The notes under the pieces were generated by a model. The model had not been told where the DNA came from. It did no database searches and saw only the letters and a program-made list of their open reading frames with translations. Positions 27,176 to 32,000 of a stretch of DNA of 32,000 nt are shown here, in pieces. This DNA is from Cupriavidus necator (GTDB lineage Bacteria > Pseudomonadota > Gammaproteobacteria > Burkholderiales > Burkholderiaceae). The translations under genes were made by a program, and so were the position numbers. The stretch spans positions 1,320,001 through 1,352,000 of the forward strand of contig NZ_CP066018.1 of assembly GCF_016127575.1 (NCBI RefSeq), in the 5' to 3' direction. Positions within the stretch are counted from its first letter, which is position 1. The number at the start of each line of letters is the position of its first letter.

Positions 27176-27637
27176 TTACTGCGCCTTGGCACCCGCTGCG
27201 GCACCGGCGCTCACATCCACGCTCGCGTCGGCCTTCGACTTCTTGCCCGACTTGGTGGCGTGCTTGCCGTGCTTGGCCTTGGTGCCGGCGTCTGCCGCGG
27301 CGCCGCCGGTGGCGTCGGCAGCAGTGCCGACACTCTTGTCGACCGCAGCGCCGGCGGTCGACAGACCCTTGTCAGCCGCCGAACCTGCTGCCGACAGGCC
27401 CTTGCTGGTCGCCGCGCCCGCAGTCGACAGACCCTTTTCGGCTGCGCCTGCGGCACCCGTGGCAGCGCTGCCGGCAGTGTTCAGGCCGCCCTGCGCTGCA
27501 GCGGCGGGAGAGGGTGTGGTCACCGATGCGCCGACATCGGCCTTCGTGCCAACGGAAACGCCGGTGCCTTGGGCCATGGCCAGCGAGGAAGCGGCAGCGA
27601 TCGACAGAGCGGAGAGGGAGAGCAGCAGTTTCTTCAT
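27176..27637 (-). CDS. secreted Ala/Gly/Lys-rich protein with 11-residue repeats (hypothetical)
   Basis: 153 aa. AAGGAG lies 7 nt upstream of the ATG. The signal peptide is MKKLLLSLSALSIAAASSLAMA-QG. Four tandem 11-mers follow (KGLSTAGAATS, KGLSAAGSAAD, KGLSTAGAAVD, KSVGTAADATG) and then a Lys-rich tail. Confidence 0.75.
   Translation of the reverse strand: MKKLLLSLSALSIAAASSLAMAQGTGVSVGTKADVGASVTTPSPAAAAQGGLNTAGSAATGAAGAAEKGLSTAGAATSKGLSAAGSAADKGLSTAGAAVDKSVGTAADATGGAAADAGTKAKHGKHATKSGKKSKADASVDVSAGAAAGAKAQ
27305..27436 (-). repeat. 4 x 33-bp imperfect tandem repeat inside the secreted-protein gene
   Basis: The Lys codons (ctt on the plus strand) recur at 27335, 27368, 27401 and 27434. GTCGACAGACCCTT occurs at 27357 and 27423, and GCCGACAGGCCCTT at 27390. 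Confidence 0.85.
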
Positions 27638-27742
27638 GGACAGACTCCTTTCAGGATGCCCCGCGGCGAAACATTCGCCGCGGTGATCACGCTGGTGATT
27701 GCGTGTATCGAGCCCTCAGTCTAGGGAGCCGGACTGCGCCGG

Positions 27743-27776
27743 TCTGTGAGGAGTTGAAAGGCTCTGTAAGGAGTTG
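27743..27776 (-). promoter_or_regulatory. two 14-nt direct repeats spaced 20 bp, candidate activator site upstream of the secreted-protein gene
   Basis: The plus strand reads TCTGTGAGGAGTTG (27743..27756) and TCTGTAAGGAGTTG (27763..27776), with one mismatch. On the minus strand they lie just upstream of a possible -10 TAGACT that has no recognisable -35. Confidence 0.3.
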
Positions 27777-27900
27777 TGAGGCGCCTGGCACGCCGCTCCG
27801 GCACGGCTTTGCCGGCCGCCTGCGGCGGTTTTCCCTGTTGCATCAACGGGCTGGCGGCGGGGCGATGCAGCCGCCCCTGCCGCCCTGCCGTCGCACCCGG

Positions 27901-30648
<2,748 letters not shown>

Positions 30649-30665
30649 GTTGTCGGGCTCCGGGC

Positions 30666-31727
30666 TCAGGCAGCGTCGCGGTACTGGCCGGGCCAGGTGC
30701 GGGGGGTCTTGTTGGCCACGCGCTGGGCGATCGCGGCAATATGCTCGGGCGTGGTGCCACAGCAGCCGCCCACCAGGTTCACCAGCCCGGAGGCGGCGAA
30801 CTCTTCCACCAGCGACGAGGTGACCTCGGGCGTTTCGTCAAAGCCCGTGTCGCTCATCGGGTTCGGCAAACCCGCGTTCGGGTAGCACGACACCGCCGCG
30901 TCGCAGATCTTGGCCAGCTCGGCGATATACGGGCGCATCAGCGTGGCGCCCAGCGCGCAGTTCAGCCCGAAGGTGATCGGGCGGGCGTGGCGCAGGCTGT
31001 TCCAGAACGCTTCCACGGTCTGGCCCGACAGGATCCGGCCCGAAGCATCGGTCACCGTGCCGGAGATCATCACCGGCAGGCGCTCGCCGGTGTCCTCGAA
31101 CAGCTGGTCGATGGCGAACAGCGCCGCCTTGGCGTTAAGCGTGTCGAAGATGGTCTCGACCAGGAACACGTCGGCGCCGCCTTCCAGCAGGCCCTTGCCC
31201 TGTTCGTAGTAGGAATCGCGCAGCTCTTCGAAGGTCACGTTGCGCGCGCCCGGGTCGTTCACGTCGGGCGAGATGCTGGCGGTCTTGGGCGTCGGGCCGA
31301 AGGCGCCGGCGACAAAGCGCGGCTTCTCCGGCGTGCTGTACTTGTCGCAGGCGGCGCGCGCCAGGCGCGCGGCCTCGACGTTCATCTCGTACGCCAGGTC
31401 CGCCATCTTGTAGTCTTCCTGCGCCACGCCGGTGGCACCGAAGGTATTGGTCTCGATCAGGTCGGCGCCGGCGGCCAGGTACTGCTCATGGATCTCGCTG
31501 ATGACCTGCGGGCGCGTCAGCAGCAGCAGCTCGTTGTTGCCCTTGACGTCCACCTTGTGTTCCGCGAAGCGCGCGCCGCGGTAGTCCGCCTCGGTCAGCT
31601 TGTAGCGCTGGATCATGGTGCCCATGGCGCCATCCAGGATCAGAATGCGTTCTTGCAGCAGCCGGGGCAACTCGGCAGCCCGGGTGTAGGGGCGCGGCGC
31701 GGCCGCGGTGGATTCAGGGGCACTCAT
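30666..31727 (-). CDS. metH: homocysteine S-methyltransferase domain protein (N-terminal module of a split MetH)
   Basis: 353 aa from ATG 31727 ([40 protein letters not shown]...). The Zn/Hcy motifs are LNCALG and [11 protein letters not shown]. The stop lies 17 nt upstream of the large-fragment ATG. An alternative ATG exists at 31766. Confidence 0.88.
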   Translation of the reverse strand: MSAPESTAAAPRPYTRAAELPRLLQERILILDGAMGTMIQRYKLTEADYRGARFAEHKVDVKGNNELLLLTRPQVISEIHEQYLAAGADLIETNTFGATGVAQEDYKMADLAYEMNVEAARLARAACDKYSTPEKPRFVAGAFGPTPKTASISPDVNDPGARNVTFEELRDSYYEQGKGLLEGGADVFLVETIFDTLNAKAALFAIDQLFEDTGERLPVMISGTVTDASGRILSGQTVEAFWNSLRHARPITFGLNCALGATLMRPYIAELAKICDAAVSCYPNAGLPNPMSDTGFDETPEVTSSLVEEFAASGLVNLVGGCCGTTPEHIAAIAQRVANKTPRTWPGQYRDAA

Positions 31728-31819
31728 GGCGGGGACTCTGGAAAGGCGGGCCTGCGGCGTATCCATGGCTGGATCGGCGCCGGGCCGCTGCTGTGGCCTA
31801 TGCTGGCCAAAGAGGGACG

Positions 31820-31828
31820 ATTTTATCA
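31820..31828 (-). promoter_or_regulatory. extended -10 element TGATAAAAT upstream of metH
   Basis: Read on the minus strand, 93 nt upstream of ATG 31727. It uses the same 13-mer as the one upstream of argS. Confidence 0.35.
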
Positions 31829-31955
31829 GGTGTATCAAGGCCTTGCGGCTGCCCGCGATGACCCGCGGTTGCCTGTCCGGCCCGCTGGCGCCTACACTGA
31901 GAGACGTAACCGTCACCGCCCCGGTCGCTTCGCGCTGCCCCCTTCCCTGCCCGCC

Positions 31956-32000
31956 ATGCAACATCTCTCCCCCGCCGACGCCCAGGACCTGCTGGCGCAA
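31956..32000 (+). CDS. start of an unidentified plus-strand gene (15 codons, [15 protein letters not shown]; possibly a rhodanese-like N-terminus)
   Basis: The ATG at 31956 is followed by high third-position GC codons to the window edge, divergent from metH. There is no clear Shine-Dalgarno, and the fragment is too short to identify. Confidence 0.3.
   Translation, partial: MQHLSPADAQDLLAQ

Noticed and set aside
31728-31955. Possible SAH or cobalamin riboswitch in the metH leader.
   Set aside because: I read the minus-strand leader and found only a small hairpin (TGGCC-AGCAT-AGGCCA). I did not recognise the conserved cores I recall for SAH or B12 elements. A covariance-model scan (Rfam) would be needed to exclude them formally.

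Overview
This is high-GC betaproteobacterial chromosomal DNA. The gene content, the synteny and the CCCTCTCCCGC/GCGGGAGAGGG REP hairpins point to Cupriavidus/Ralstonia (Burkholderiaceae); that is an inference, not a database hit. I call 33 protein-coding genes, 2 of them partial at the window edges and 29 on the minus strand. I saw no rRNA, tRNA, CRISPR array, transposase, integrase or phage gene.

Layout from left to right:
- bioF (partial) and bioA.
- A co-directional leucine/isovalerate catabolic array of about 13.6 kb. In transcription order on the minus strand it runs liuR, PaaI thioesterase, ivd, aceK, can, thiolase, SDR, acyl-CoA dehydrogenase, a four-gene ATGA-coupled cassette (HCCA isomerase, HAD, YchJ, GST), liuB, a secreted alpha/beta hydrolase and liuC.
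- A divergent MBL-fold hydrolase.
- An SDR paired with an orphan BtuF-like protein.
- dsbA, a SPOR-domain gene and argS.
- A small-protein and signalling neighbourhood: DUF1840, DUF883, DUF1328, a CHASE3 histidine kinase, a stand-alone receiver, a NarL-type regulator and a secreted 11-residue-repeat protein.
- A methionine synthase split into two ORFs.

The candidates I find most interesting are:
1. The translationally coupled HCCA isomerase/HAD/YchJ/GST cassette buried in the liu array.
2. The aceK-can pair coupled inside the same array.
3. A perfect 24-bp palindrome that overlaps a near-consensus promoter, with a degenerate second copy; these are putative LiuR operators.
4. The CHASE3 kinase, two regulators and small stress proteins sitting next to a secreted protein with 33-bp DNA repeats, which has 14-nt direct repeats upstream.
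5. An identical AT-rich 13-mer upstream of both argS and metH.

Nothing here resembles a known defence, toxin-antitoxin or mobile system. All functional links between genes are hypotheses drawn from sequence and gene order only.
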